Source of the DNA: Candidatus Eutrophobius brisbanensis
Lineage (GTDB): Bacteria > Pseudomonadota > Gammaproteobacteria > Eutrophobiales > Eutrophobiaceae
DNA: 64,000 nucleotides
Reading direction: 5' to 3'
Assembly: GCA_038131795.1 (NCBI GenBank)
Contig: JAYPQE010000003.1
Coordinates: 1,446,048-1,510,047 of the forward strand
Shown: in pieces, positions 1 through 7,945 of the stretch
Numbering within the stretch: position 1 is the stretch's first letter
Layout of the letters: each line of letters starts with the position of its first letter
The notes under the pieces: model-generated
Database searches by the model: none
The model's input: the letters and a program-made list of their open reading frames with translations, nothing else
What the model was told of the DNA's origin: nothing
Made by a program: the position numbers and the translations under genes

Positions 1-470
1 GAATTCATAATCCATACCGGCGTATGGGCCGCCAGGGCAACCGCACCATCGATCCCATCTGAGAAGTCCTCTGCCGTTGCCAGGGTGACATGCCCTCCCC
101 CTGAACAACCATATTGAATGACTTTATCTGGTGTACCATACTTTTCAACAAACATGTTTTGTACCACCCTCAGATTACCGATCTCATGGGCCGGGTCATA
201 CTGCCATTTGCGCAATGCATGGCGTGCCGTGCCGGCAACTGCATAACCATTCTCCAGTAATCCCATGACACGGTCCTCATTAGGCCCCATCATGTTCGTG
301 ACAAAATCCAGATCCCGTATCAGTACTTTATTCCAGTTATCGGGCACGGTGATTCGATATGCCGTCCCGTCCGCCAAGGTCCCGGATTCATCTTCATACT
401 GTGCGAATACATTTGAACCCCATAAAACCATGGAAAAAATTCCGACAAAAAATAATATGCGTGATTTCAT
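1..470 (-). CDS. Secreted alpha/beta-hydrolase-like protein; the 3' end runs off the window
   Basis: The reverse-complement reading frame starts at the ATG at 470. It encodes the signal peptide MKSRILFFVGIFSMVLWGSNVFAQ and a G-C-S-G-G nucleophile-elbow motif (QYGCSGGGH). The frame stays open to position 1. Confidence 0.5.
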   Translation of the reverse strand, partial: MKSRILFFVGIFSMVLWGSNVFAQYEDESGTLADGTAYRITVPDNWNKVLIRDLDFVTNMMGPNEDRVMGLLENGYAVAGTARHALRKWQYDPAHEIGNLRVVQNMFVEKYGTPDKVIQYGCSGGGHVTLATAEDFSDGIDGAVALAAHTPVWIMN

Positions 471-635
471 AATCAATTTACTCACCCCTTCTCTATGTAA
501 GCTGATAATTGTGTGGAGAGAAATATTCCATTTCTGCCACTGTTAAGATTTAAAATTTATTATCACTTACGTTCACCCATAAGTGAAATATGAATTCATT
601 GAGACAGGAAATATATTGCAGAAAGAGTAAAAGAA

Positions 636-950
636 TTAAGAGTCTGATACTTGCTCAAGATAAGCCCAGAACGACTCACCCTCAATGTGCTCCCTCTGGT
701 CAACAAGTTCTGTCTCAAGATCTGTTAAATATTGATCGAATACAGTCTGCCTTTCATGTTCCAGGGGTGATGGGCAATAACAGGTTTCATACCATTCAAT
801 AATGCCCGGCCCAGTCAATTTGGCGCGTTTCATTGATGACACAATTTCCCTGCCATCGGGTTGTTGATTTAAAACAGTGCCATCAGTTAACGCTTTACAA
901 AATGTCGACATCCTTTCATCTATTATTCTGGCCCTGACTTTATATTCCAT
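636..950 (-). CDS. Hypothetical protein of 104 aa
   Basis: Taken from the ORF track. It lies co-directionally downstream of the BASS transporter gene. I recognised no motif. Confidence 0.3.
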   Translation of the reverse strand: MEYKVRARIIDERMSTFCKALTDGTVLNQQPDGREIVSSMKRAKLTGPGIIEWYETCYCPSPLEHERQTVFDQYLTDLETELVDQREHIEGESFWAYLEQVSDS

Positions 951-958
951 AATGCTTT

Positions 959-2065
959 TTAACTATTCCTGTTTTCTGGGACGCCTTTTCCTCTCCACCA
1001 GGAAGCCAGAGAGGAACCTGTGATGTTCATTATGGGCCCGAATACCGCCGACGCCAGGCCAACGGTCGCAACCTTACCCATCTCCAGTGCAATTCCACTT
1101 GCCAGGCCGCCGTTTTGCAGTCCGACCTCCAGGGCAATGGTACGACAGGACTGTTCATCCATTTTCAATAACCTGCAGCCCCAGTATCCAAAGAGGTAGC
1201 CAGCCAGATTATGTATTAAACAGGCAAGGATCAGCAGGAACCCGATGCTCAACAGGCTGTCCCTTCCTGCAGCAGTAATAATGGAGATGATGACCGCAAT
1301 ACCCACCATGGAGAGCATAGACATAATCCGGTTTATCAATTCCTTTCTCCCCTTCTGGTCAAACCGGACTACCAGGGCATTGAATATCAATCCGGCGATG
1401 ATGGGTAAAATAACAATCTTGATGATGGTCATCATCATGCCACCCAATTCAATGGGTACATACTGACCGGCAAGCATCTTCATGAGGAGCGGAGTCATCA
1501 ATGGTGCCATTAAAGTGGCCACTGCAGTCAAGGTCACGGAGAGCGCCAGGTTGGCCCGGGCAATATAGGCCATGACATTGGATGCCAATCCACTGGGCGA
1601 GGCCCCCACCAGGATTATTCCGGCTGCAATTTCAGGTGGAAAACCAAAACCCTTGGCGATACTGAAACCCAATAAGGGCATGATACTGAACTGACAGACT
1701 ATACCCACAAATACGCCCTTTGGCATTCTCACTACATCAACAAAATTACTGAGACTGAGTTGAGAGCCCATGCCAAACATTATAATCTGGATTAATGGGA
1801 CGATTAACGTTTTAAGTTCAAAGTCACCAATTTTCTGAAACGGCCCGGGATAGGTCATGGCAGTGGTCACTGCAGCAAATATCCAGATAGTAAACGCGAG
1901 ATTATTTAGCTTTTTATTGCTGTGAAAGCTGAGTGCGAGCAAAATGAAAAAAACCGCCAGCATTGGGCCGATGAGCCCTGATCTATCTGAAAATATAGAA
2001 AGGATAGCGCCCAGTAGGAATATCAATGCAATACAGAGGAGGATTTTAAAACTGTTTCTGGGCAT
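959..2065 (-). CDS. Bile acid:sodium symporter (BASS) family transporter
   Basis: Multi-pass membrane protein carrying the BASS signature GASPSGLASNVMAYIARANLALSVTLTAVATLMAPLMTPLL. Confidence 0.8.
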   Translation of the reverse strand: MPRNSFKILLCIALIFLLGAILSIFSDRSGLIGPMLAVFFILLALSFHSNKKLNNLAFTIWIFAAVTTAMTYPGPFQKIGDFELKTLIVPLIQIIMFGMGSQLSLSNFVDVVRMPKGVFVGIVCQFSIMPLLGFSIAKGFGFPPEIAAGIILVGASPSGLASNVMAYIARANLALSVTLTAVATLMAPLMTPLLMKMLAGQYVPIELGGMMMTIIKIVILPIIAGLIFNALVVRFDQKGRKELINRIMSMLSMVGIAVIISIITAAGRDSLLSIGFLLILACLIHNLAGYLFGYWGCRLLKMDEQSCRTIALEVGLQNGGLASGIALEMGKVATVGLASAVFGPIMNITGSSLASWWRGKGVPENRNS

Positions 2066-2150
2066 AATTAATTTCTGATAGCTTAATAAATATAAACTAT
2101 ATCAGCCTGACCAATACAAGTCTCACCATAAATATTATATATTCTGAACC

Positions 2151-2927
2151 ATGAGCGAACTGGAAAATAAAATTGCAATTGTCACTGGTGGTGGCAGTGG
2201 TATAGGTAAGGCTACCGCCGAGGCCCTTGCTGCTAAAGGTGCGACGGTATACATACTGGATGTCCAGCCGGAACAAGGACAGGAAACCGAAACAATTATC
2301 AAAAACAACGGTCACCAGTCCCGGTTTCTTGCCGCTGATGTCACGAATCATCAGGAAACACAGAGTGTAATTGAGCAAATATTTTCAGATTCAGGCCGGC
2401 TCGATATATTGGTCAATAATGCGGGGATAGCCCACATTGGAACTATTGAAACCACCTCGGAAACTGATTTTGATAAAGTCTATCAGGTGAATGTCAAAGG
2501 AATGTATAACTGCATGCACGCCTGTATTCCTTATATGAAAAAATCAGGAGGCGGTGTGATCATCAACATGGCATCTATCGCAGCATCCGTCGGGCTGCCT
2601 GACCGCTTTGCCTATTCCATGAGCAAGGGTGCCGTGGTATCCATGACCTATTCAGTTGCAAGAGACTATATCAATGACAACATCCGGTGTAATGCCATCT
2701 CCCCAGCGCGGGTACATACTGCATTGGTTGATGGCTACCTCAAGAATAACTATCCTGGCCAGGAAAAAGAAATGTTTGAAAAACTTTCAAAAACGCAACC
2801 CATTGGACGGATGGGCAAACCCGAAGAAGTTGCTGCGCTCATCTCATATTTATGCAGCGACGAAGCTGCTTTTATTACTGGAAGTGTCTATCCCCTGGAT
2901 GGCGGATTTGTTACATTAAATACCTAA
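2151..2927 (+). CDS. Short-chain dehydrogenase/reductase (SDR) family oxidoreductase
   Basis: TGGGSGIG Rossmann motif, NNAG motif, and a Tyr/Lys catalytic pair (YSMSKGA). Confidence 0.9.
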   Translation: MSELENKIAIVTGGGSGIGKATAEALAAKGATVYILDVQPEQGQETETIIKNNGHQSRFLAADVTNHQETQSVIEQIFSDSGRLDILVNNAGIAHIGTIETTSETDFDKVYQVNVKGMYNCMHACIPYMKKSGGGVIINMASIAASVGLPDRFAYSMSKGAVVSMTYSVARDYINDNIRCNAISPARVHTALVDGYLKNNYPGQEKEMFEKLSKTQPIGRMGKPEEVAALISYLCSDEAAFITGSVYPLDGGFVTLNT

Positions 2928-2947
2928 CCATATAAAAGAAATATACT

Positions 2948-3802
2948 ATGAAATTAATCAGATTTGGTGATAAAGGCGCAGAAAAACCCGGCGTCATTGT
3001 TAATGGCGAGCGCAAGGACTGCTCTGGACATTTCGAAGACTGGAACCAGAAATTCTTCATGGACGACGGGCTTGAAAGGCTCTCTCAACTTATCGATGCT
3101 GAAGGTGACAATCTACCTACTGTGCCCGATACCAGCCGTTGGGGATCCTGCGTGGCCCGACCTAATATGATCATTTGTGTGGGGCTTAACTATTCAGACC
3201 ATGCCATTGAATCCGGCATGGATCTACCCAGAGAACCCGTCATATTTATGAAGGCGAACAATACCATTGCCGGCCCATATGATGACATTACCATTCCAAA
3301 AAACAGTGTAAAGACTGACTGGGAAGTGGAACTGGCCATTGTCATAGGCAAGGACAGTCTGTACCTGGAAAGTGAAGAAGAGGCAAAAGACTCTATCGCG
3401 GGTTATTGTGTGATGAATGATATTTCCGAGCGAGAATTCCAGATGGAGCGAGAAGGTCAATGGGTAAAAGGGAAATCCTGTCCGGACTTCAGTCCCGTCG
3501 GACCTTACCTGACTACTCAGGACGAAATTGATAACATTGAAAACCTGCAGTTGAAATTGTCAGTCAATGACAAGGTGATGCAAAACGGTAATACCAACAA
3601 AATGGTCTTCAAGCCCTATTTTCTGGTCTATTACATTTCCCAATTCATGAAACTGGAAGCCGGCGACATTATCTCAACAGGGACACCCCCTGGCGTTGGT
3701 TTTGGAATGAATCCTCCAATCTACCTTAAGCCTGGTGATTTGGTGGCGCTATCTATTGAGGGACTTGGGGAACAGAAACAGAGATTCATAGCGTATAATT
3801 AA
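2948..3802 (+). CDS. Fumarylacetoacetate hydrolase (FAH) family protein (2-keto-4-pentenoate hydratase/HpcE-like)
   Basis: Conserved FAH-fold blocks: ICVGLNYSDHA, EVELAIVIGK, MNDISEREFQ, GKSCPDFSPVGP. Confidence 0.85.
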   Translation: MKLIRFGDKGAEKPGVIVNGERKDCSGHFEDWNQKFFMDDGLERLSQLIDAEGDNLPTVPDTSRWGSCVARPNMIICVGLNYSDHAIESGMDLPREPVIFMKANNTIAGPYDDITIPKNSVKTDWEVELAIVIGKDSLYLESEEEAKDSIAGYCVMNDISEREFQMEREGQWVKGKSCPDFSPVGPYLTTQDEIDNIENLQLKLSVNDKVMQNGNTNKMVFKPYFLVYYISQFMKLEAGDIISTGTPPGVGFGMNPPIYLKPGDLVALSIEGLGEQKQRFIAYN

Positions 3803-3813
3803 TCTAAGCAATT

Positions 3814-3857
3814 GCCGCGCCCGGAAGGATTCGAACCTCCGACCCCCTAGTTCGTAG
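3814..3857 (-). repeat. 44-nt duplicate of the 3' half of a tRNA-Arg (att-like direct repeat; the left boundary of the islet)
   Basis: tgccgcgcccggaaggattcgaacctccgaccccctagttcgtag matches the minus-strand tRNA-Arg at 5884-5927, covering the T-arm and acceptor 3' strand down to the anticodon stem. The T-stem carries compensatory changes. The match diverges into AT-rich DNA immediately after the anticodon-stem position. Confidence 0.6.
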
Positions 3858-4005
3858 ATATATAGTTAATTTCCTAAATAACTAATACTAATAATAAGTT
3901 ATTAAATGATAATGTCCCAAAAATCCGCATCAACGTGTTCTGTAACTAATTGATATTTCTCTGGTGACATTAAACCAATGGGACAACACAGTAGGCTTAC
4001 TGACT

Positions 4006-4284
4006 TCACTCGGCCATGTTTTTTAATTCTTCTACCTCATCTTCAGATAACTCATATTCGCCGAATGCAAGAGAGGTCTTATTCCCATTTACAGCTGCAA
4101 TAAGCGCTGTTGCAATTTCGTTTTCTATTTGCGTTCCATTACCATCAGGAAAATAGAGTAGCCAATATACCCCTCCATGGAAACTATACTCGAGCTCCAA
4201 GTACGCTTCGTTACCTAACTCTATTTGAATGGTTTGAACCCTGGTCTCAATACTTTTGAGAAATTCATCAGTCTCTGTTGTCAT
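4006..4284 (-). CDS. Small acidic hypothetical protein of 92 aa (companion to the DGQHR protein)
   Basis: ORF with Glu/Asp-rich ends, co-directional with and 79 bp downstream of the DGQHR gene. The flanks are AT-rich. Confidence 0.4.
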   Translation of the reverse strand: MTTETDEFLKSIETRVQTIQIELGNEAYLELEYSFHGGVYWLLYFPDGNGTQIENEIATALIAAVNGNKTSLAFGEYELSEDEVEELKNMAE

Positions 4285-4362
4285 TTAAAATATTTCTCCT
4301 GATATTATTCAGAATAGTTGCCCTGCCAGCCTAACTGAATACAGGGCAACTTGACATGCACC

Positions 4363-5607
4363 CTATGCAGCTTCTAATGCTATTTCTTGGCCTGTTGGAT
4401 CTATATGCGAATAGATTAGCTTGTATAATGCCGTATACAATTGCTTCTGACCCGCAAAGCCTGCCTGTGACGCCATCCAGGGATTGTCTTCCCTCTTCTC
4501 CCAATCTATTAGTTCAAGGGGTTTCATTTTCTTATGCATAGCCTTGTCGATATTAATATCATAGTCTTGATGAGCCTCCAGTGCGCTTGTGACAATATCC
4601 CTACCCAACCTTGACAAAGAAGCAACGCCCACCAATTCTTTCAAGCGATATTTAATTTCCACTTCCTCTTCTTCACCGGTATCCGGGTCTACTTCAATTC
4701 TTGTTTTACCGTTCCATGCATCTGGAGAAAACTCAGAGATTAACTTCCAAAATGGTTTTGCAAAATCCTCTAGCGGATTCATACTCAACGATTCAATCCT
4801 TTCAAGAACCTCATTTGTAAACATATTTGAAACAGAACGCCTTAAACCTTCATAGGTAACTGCATAGTTAGGATTCCTGGCGCCTGTCATGTTTACGCTT
4901 TCAAACCATACGGAATTTTTGTCTCTTACAAGGCCAAATGCTATCTCTCGAATCTTCTGAGAATGAGATTTATCAGAAGTTTCAGTAATATCACCTTTCG
5001 TGACTTCAATTAACGCTTTCGGCAGCTTTCTCTGAGTGCTGTTAATGACATTAAATATTTCTGCTTCATCCTCAATGTTAAGTCTGAAAAAAAACTCAAT
5101 AGGCACAACGGGGTCAAAATCATCATAGTGTTGACGTGCCCACAATAAACCTCCCCTTCTATGTTGACCATCAATAACAGACATTACAGCCCCTCCCCAC
5201 TTCTTTTTAATAGCTTTGTATTCCTTATCCTGAAATAACCCTACGAATTCGCTAATGTCTGCATCAGACTTTAGCCTAACCGAGATTAGCAAAGGAGGAA
5301 TATTGGCTTTGTGGTCATAGTAGTATCTACCGATCTGAGGAAACCGCTTCTCATCAGGATTCCTTTGATAACCATGATTTCTTGGGGCAGGTGAATCAGG
5401 ATCATTAGAATCATATGTGCTAATAAAAAGCTCTTTTAAATCATAGGCTTCCAAGCAACTACTTGCTTGACGGAATGGTGATGTCCACGTCACCTTATTT
5501 GGTACTGGCAAAATATCTATATTATTCATGGGCTTATCTCCTAAATTATAATTAGTAACAATGTGCATGCTTGCGATAAGTTTGCTTAACGTTTTGTACA
5601 ATGTCAA
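4363..5607 (-). CDS. DGQHR-domain protein (DndB-like, ParB/Srx nuclease-like superfamily)
   Basis: Contains the literal motif VIDGQHRRGG. Its length (414 aa) is typical for DndB-like DGQHR proteins. It lies inside the tRNA-Arg-bounded AT-rich islet, and no dndACDE or ssp genes are nearby. Confidence 0.7.
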   Translation of the reverse strand: MTLYKTLSKLIASMHIVTNYNLGDKPMNNIDILPVPNKVTWTSPFRQASSCLEAYDLKELFISTYDSNDPDSPAPRNHGYQRNPDEKRFPQIGRYYYDHKANIPPLLISVRLKSDADISEFVGLFQDKEYKAIKKKWGGAVMSVIDGQHRRGGLLWARQHYDDFDPVVPIEFFFRLNIEDEAEIFNVINSTQRKLPKALIEVTKGDITETSDKSHSQKIREIAFGLVRDKNSVWFESVNMTGARNPNYAVTYEGLRRSVSNMFTNEVLERIESLSMNPLEDFAKPFWKLISEFSPDAWNGKTRIEVDPDTGEEEEVEIKYRLKELVGVASLSRLGRDIVTSALEAHQDYDINIDKAMHKKMKPLELIDWEKREDNPWMASQAGFAGQKQLYTALYKLIYSHIDPTGQEIALEAA

Positions 5608-5883
5608 TTATTAATTTATTTACATTGTTCCGATTATTGTATATTTTAAAATTACAGGTAATTTATTCAAATTTCTGTATATTTTTAGGGACTCATTACC
5701 TATGGATAACATATGTATACAGGCAAAGATTACGAAAATAACCTTAAAAAACTCCACACCTTAAGCCCGAGACAAAAGTCAGATCTCCATGAAATTGAGC
5801 AAAAAGCCATTGCAAGATTTCAGGGCATGTTCGATGAACTGGAGGCTGCCTTAGGCATGCTAAGGATTGGGCATCATGTAGGT

Positions 5884-5960
5884 TGGCGCGCCCGGAGAGA
5901 TTCGAACTCCCGACCCCCTAGTTCGTAGCCAGGTACTCTATCCAACTGAGCTACGGGCGC
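5884..5960 (-). tRNA. tRNA-Arg (anticodon ACG)
   Basis: Reverse complement: GCGCCCGTAGCTCAGTTGGATAGAGTACCTGGCTACGAACTAGGGGGTCGGGAGTTCGAATCTCTCCGGGCGCGCCA. It folds as a cloverleaf with a GGTTCGAATC T-loop and an encoded CCA. The anticodon loop reads CT-ACG-AA. Confidence 0.9.
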
Positions 5961-6060
5961 GTATCTGGTAATGCAGAGGGGGAATTCTAGCATTGTTATT
6001 CGATTGATTCACTACGTCATATTCCATTAATTATGTGCCTGCGGCACGATAAATTGATTA

Positions 6061-6129
6061 GATTCTGGCTTTCGCCAGAATGATGAGTTTATTTTTACAA
6101 TGAGTTTCCCGCTTTCGCGGGAATGACGG
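6061..6129. repeat. Two adjacent small palindromic repeat units (GATTCTGGCTTTCGCCAGAATGA and TTCCCGCTTTCGCGGGAATGAC)
   Basis: Inverted repeats ttctggc/gccagaa and tcccgc/gcgggaa with a gaaagc-type loop, flanked by the gaatgac motif. The same family recurs at 12742, 13186, 13267, 13378 and 15182. Confidence 0.6.
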
Positions 6130-6155
6130 TGGGGGCGTGGAATGACAAGAAACTG

Positions 6156-7094
6156 TTAAATCGACTGCATGAATTCCAGCATATGCCGACGTTCTGTCTG
6201 ATCCGGGAGTCTGCCATACCCTGCCCAGGCATTGTCCAGCATGTGTCCTGCATTACTGGTAGCGGGGATGGCGCAGGTGATGTCTGGATTACCCAGAATC
6301 CATTTCAGAGTAAATTGCGCCCAGCTATCGCAATCAAAATCTTTGGCCCATTCCGGTAATGTCTTCCCCCGCACACGCCTGAAATAACCACCATTACCAA
6401 AGGGACGGTTGGTGACGATGGCGGCCCCCTTGTCCCTGGCTAGTGGGATGAGTAATTCATCTGCCCGGGGTTCTAAAATGGAGTAGTTAATCTGCATAAA
6501 GTCTATACCACTGGCACTTCTAAGGAATGCTTCCATTTCGTCAAAATTTCGATAGCTGGATATGGTAACGCCTATGTATCGCACCTTCCCTGCCGCCTTC
6601 CATTCCTGCAGGTTTTGCCACTGGGTATCAAGGTCATTCAGGTTATGAACATAAATAAGATCCAGCGGTGCCTTTACCATGACCCTGGCGGATTCTAGCA
6701 TCTGATCTATACCTGCCTGTTTGGTATTAAACAACACACGCCTCAAGCTGATCTTGGTGGCAATGAATAGTTGCTGCTGAATATTCATTTCAGAAAAAAG
6801 TTTGCCGAGTACCGATTCTGAATTGCCGTAGGTCGGGGCGGTATCCACCATATTAGCTCCATTATCGAGCAGGATATTTAATACCGCTTTGAGATCATCC
6901 AGATTTTCAGAAGTATTTCGTTCGAACTCATCGGAGGTACCTAGGCCTATCACCGGAATAGATTCACCGCTGGAGGGAATTTCTCTATGCATCATGGTCT
7001 GCTGTGCAATAGATTTATGGGCTGTTGCAAGGGACATGGCGCTTCCTGCGGAGACTTGTAGAAACTGACGCCTGTTTAAACCTGATATCACCAT
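6156..7094 (-). CDS. Aldo/keto reductase with a Tat (twin-arginine) signal peptide
   Basis: N-terminal NRRQFLQVSAGSAMSLATA Tat motif, then an AKR (beta/alpha)8 fold with blocks such as GANMVDTAPTYGNSE and IGVTISSYR. Confidence 0.85.
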   Translation of the reverse strand: MVISGLNRRQFLQVSAGSAMSLATAHKSIAQQTMMHREIPSSGESIPVIGLGTSDEFERNTSENLDDLKAVLNILLDNGANMVDTAPTYGNSESVLGKLFSEMNIQQQLFIATKISLRRVLFNTKQAGIDQMLESARVMVKAPLDLIYVHNLNDLDTQWQNLQEWKAAGKVRYIGVTISSYRNFDEMEAFLRSASGIDFMQINYSILEPRADELLIPLARDKGAAIVTNRPFGNGGYFRRVRGKTLPEWAKDFDCDSWAQFTLKWILGNPDITCAIPATSNAGHMLDNAWAGYGRLPDQTERRHMLEFMQSI

Positions 7095-7261
7095 TAATCA
7101 CTCCTGATGTTAGTTTTATGGATATGTTTGCTATTTATACAATTAAATCATGTCAAAACCGGATTCAATTTGTCCATGTTCAATATTGTAAATATCATGA
7201 ATCTCACGAAAAGTGTAAAAATTGCGGGTAAAATATCAAAAAACTTTATCGATGGTGTTAG

Positions 7262-7945
7262 ATGATTGAATTAAAAGACCTGGGTATGTCCTACACCCTG
7301 GAATCAGGGACATTAAATGTCCTCAACAGTGTTGAGGTATTTATTGGTGATGGCGAGACCGTCGCCATAGTTGGCCCCTCAGGTTCTGGAAAGACCACAT
7401 TATTATTATTACTGGCAGGGCTGGAGTTACCTCAGCAGGGCGATATCAAGCTGGATGGGATCAGTTTGAGTGAACTGTCTTCCGATGAACTGGCCGATGT
7501 TCGCCGGGACAACCTGGGGATCATCTTTCAGTCATTTCACCTGGTCCCCAGCCTGACGGCTTTGGGCAATGTGACCTTACCCCTGGAGATCGCAGGCAAG
7601 GAAAATGCAAAACAACGGGCCAGTGAGTTACTTGAAAAAGTTGGTCTGGCTGAGCGCATGGACCATTACCCATCACAGTTGTCTGGTGGAGAGCAACAAC
7701 GCGTCGCCATTGCCCGTGCACTGGTGCATGCACCAAAGATGGTTCTGGCCGATGAACCTACCGGTAACCTTGATATAAAAACCGGTGCAAAAATCATCGA
7801 ACTTCTGTTTAATCTGAATGCAGATGCCAGCTCCACTCTGGTACTAGTGACCCATGATGAGGCCATTGCCAGGCGCTGCCAGCGGGTGCTCAGGCTCCAT
7901 GAGGGCAAATTGATTGAGGATGAATCCCATGCCCTTTCTAATTAA
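7262..7945 (+). CDS. ABC transporter ATP-binding protein (LolD/YbbA-like)
   Basis: Walker A GPSGSGKTT, signature LSGGEQQRVAIARAL, Walker B LADEPTGNLD. It overlaps the downstream permease gene by 32 nt. Confidence 0.9.
   Translation: MIELKDLGMSYTLESGTLNVLNSVEVFIGDGETVAIVGPSGSGKTTLLLLLAGLELPQQGDIKLDGISLSELSSDELADVRRDNLGIIFQSFHLVPSLTALGNVTLPLEIAGKENAKQRASELLEKVGLAERMDHYPSQLSGGEQQRVAIARALVHAPKMVLADEPTGNLDIKTGAKIIELLFNLNADASSTLVLVTHDEAIARRCQRVLRLHEGKLIEDESHALSN

Noticed and set aside
265-546. 93-aa plus-strand ORF at the window start
   Set aside because: It overlaps, in antisense, the start of the better-supported secreted hydrolase gene (signal peptide and GxSxG motif) on the minus strand.
5713-5928. 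71-aa ORF upstream of and overlapping tRNA-Arg
   Set aside because: Its 3' third is the tRNA-Arg gene read in the opposite sense. It has no ribosome-binding site or motif and is most likely spurious.
3814-5960. Intact integrative element (prophage or ICE) at tRNA-Arg
   Set aside because: There is no integrase, excisionase, transfer or phage genes between the direct repeats, and only 2 kb of cargo. At most it is a decayed or minimal islet.
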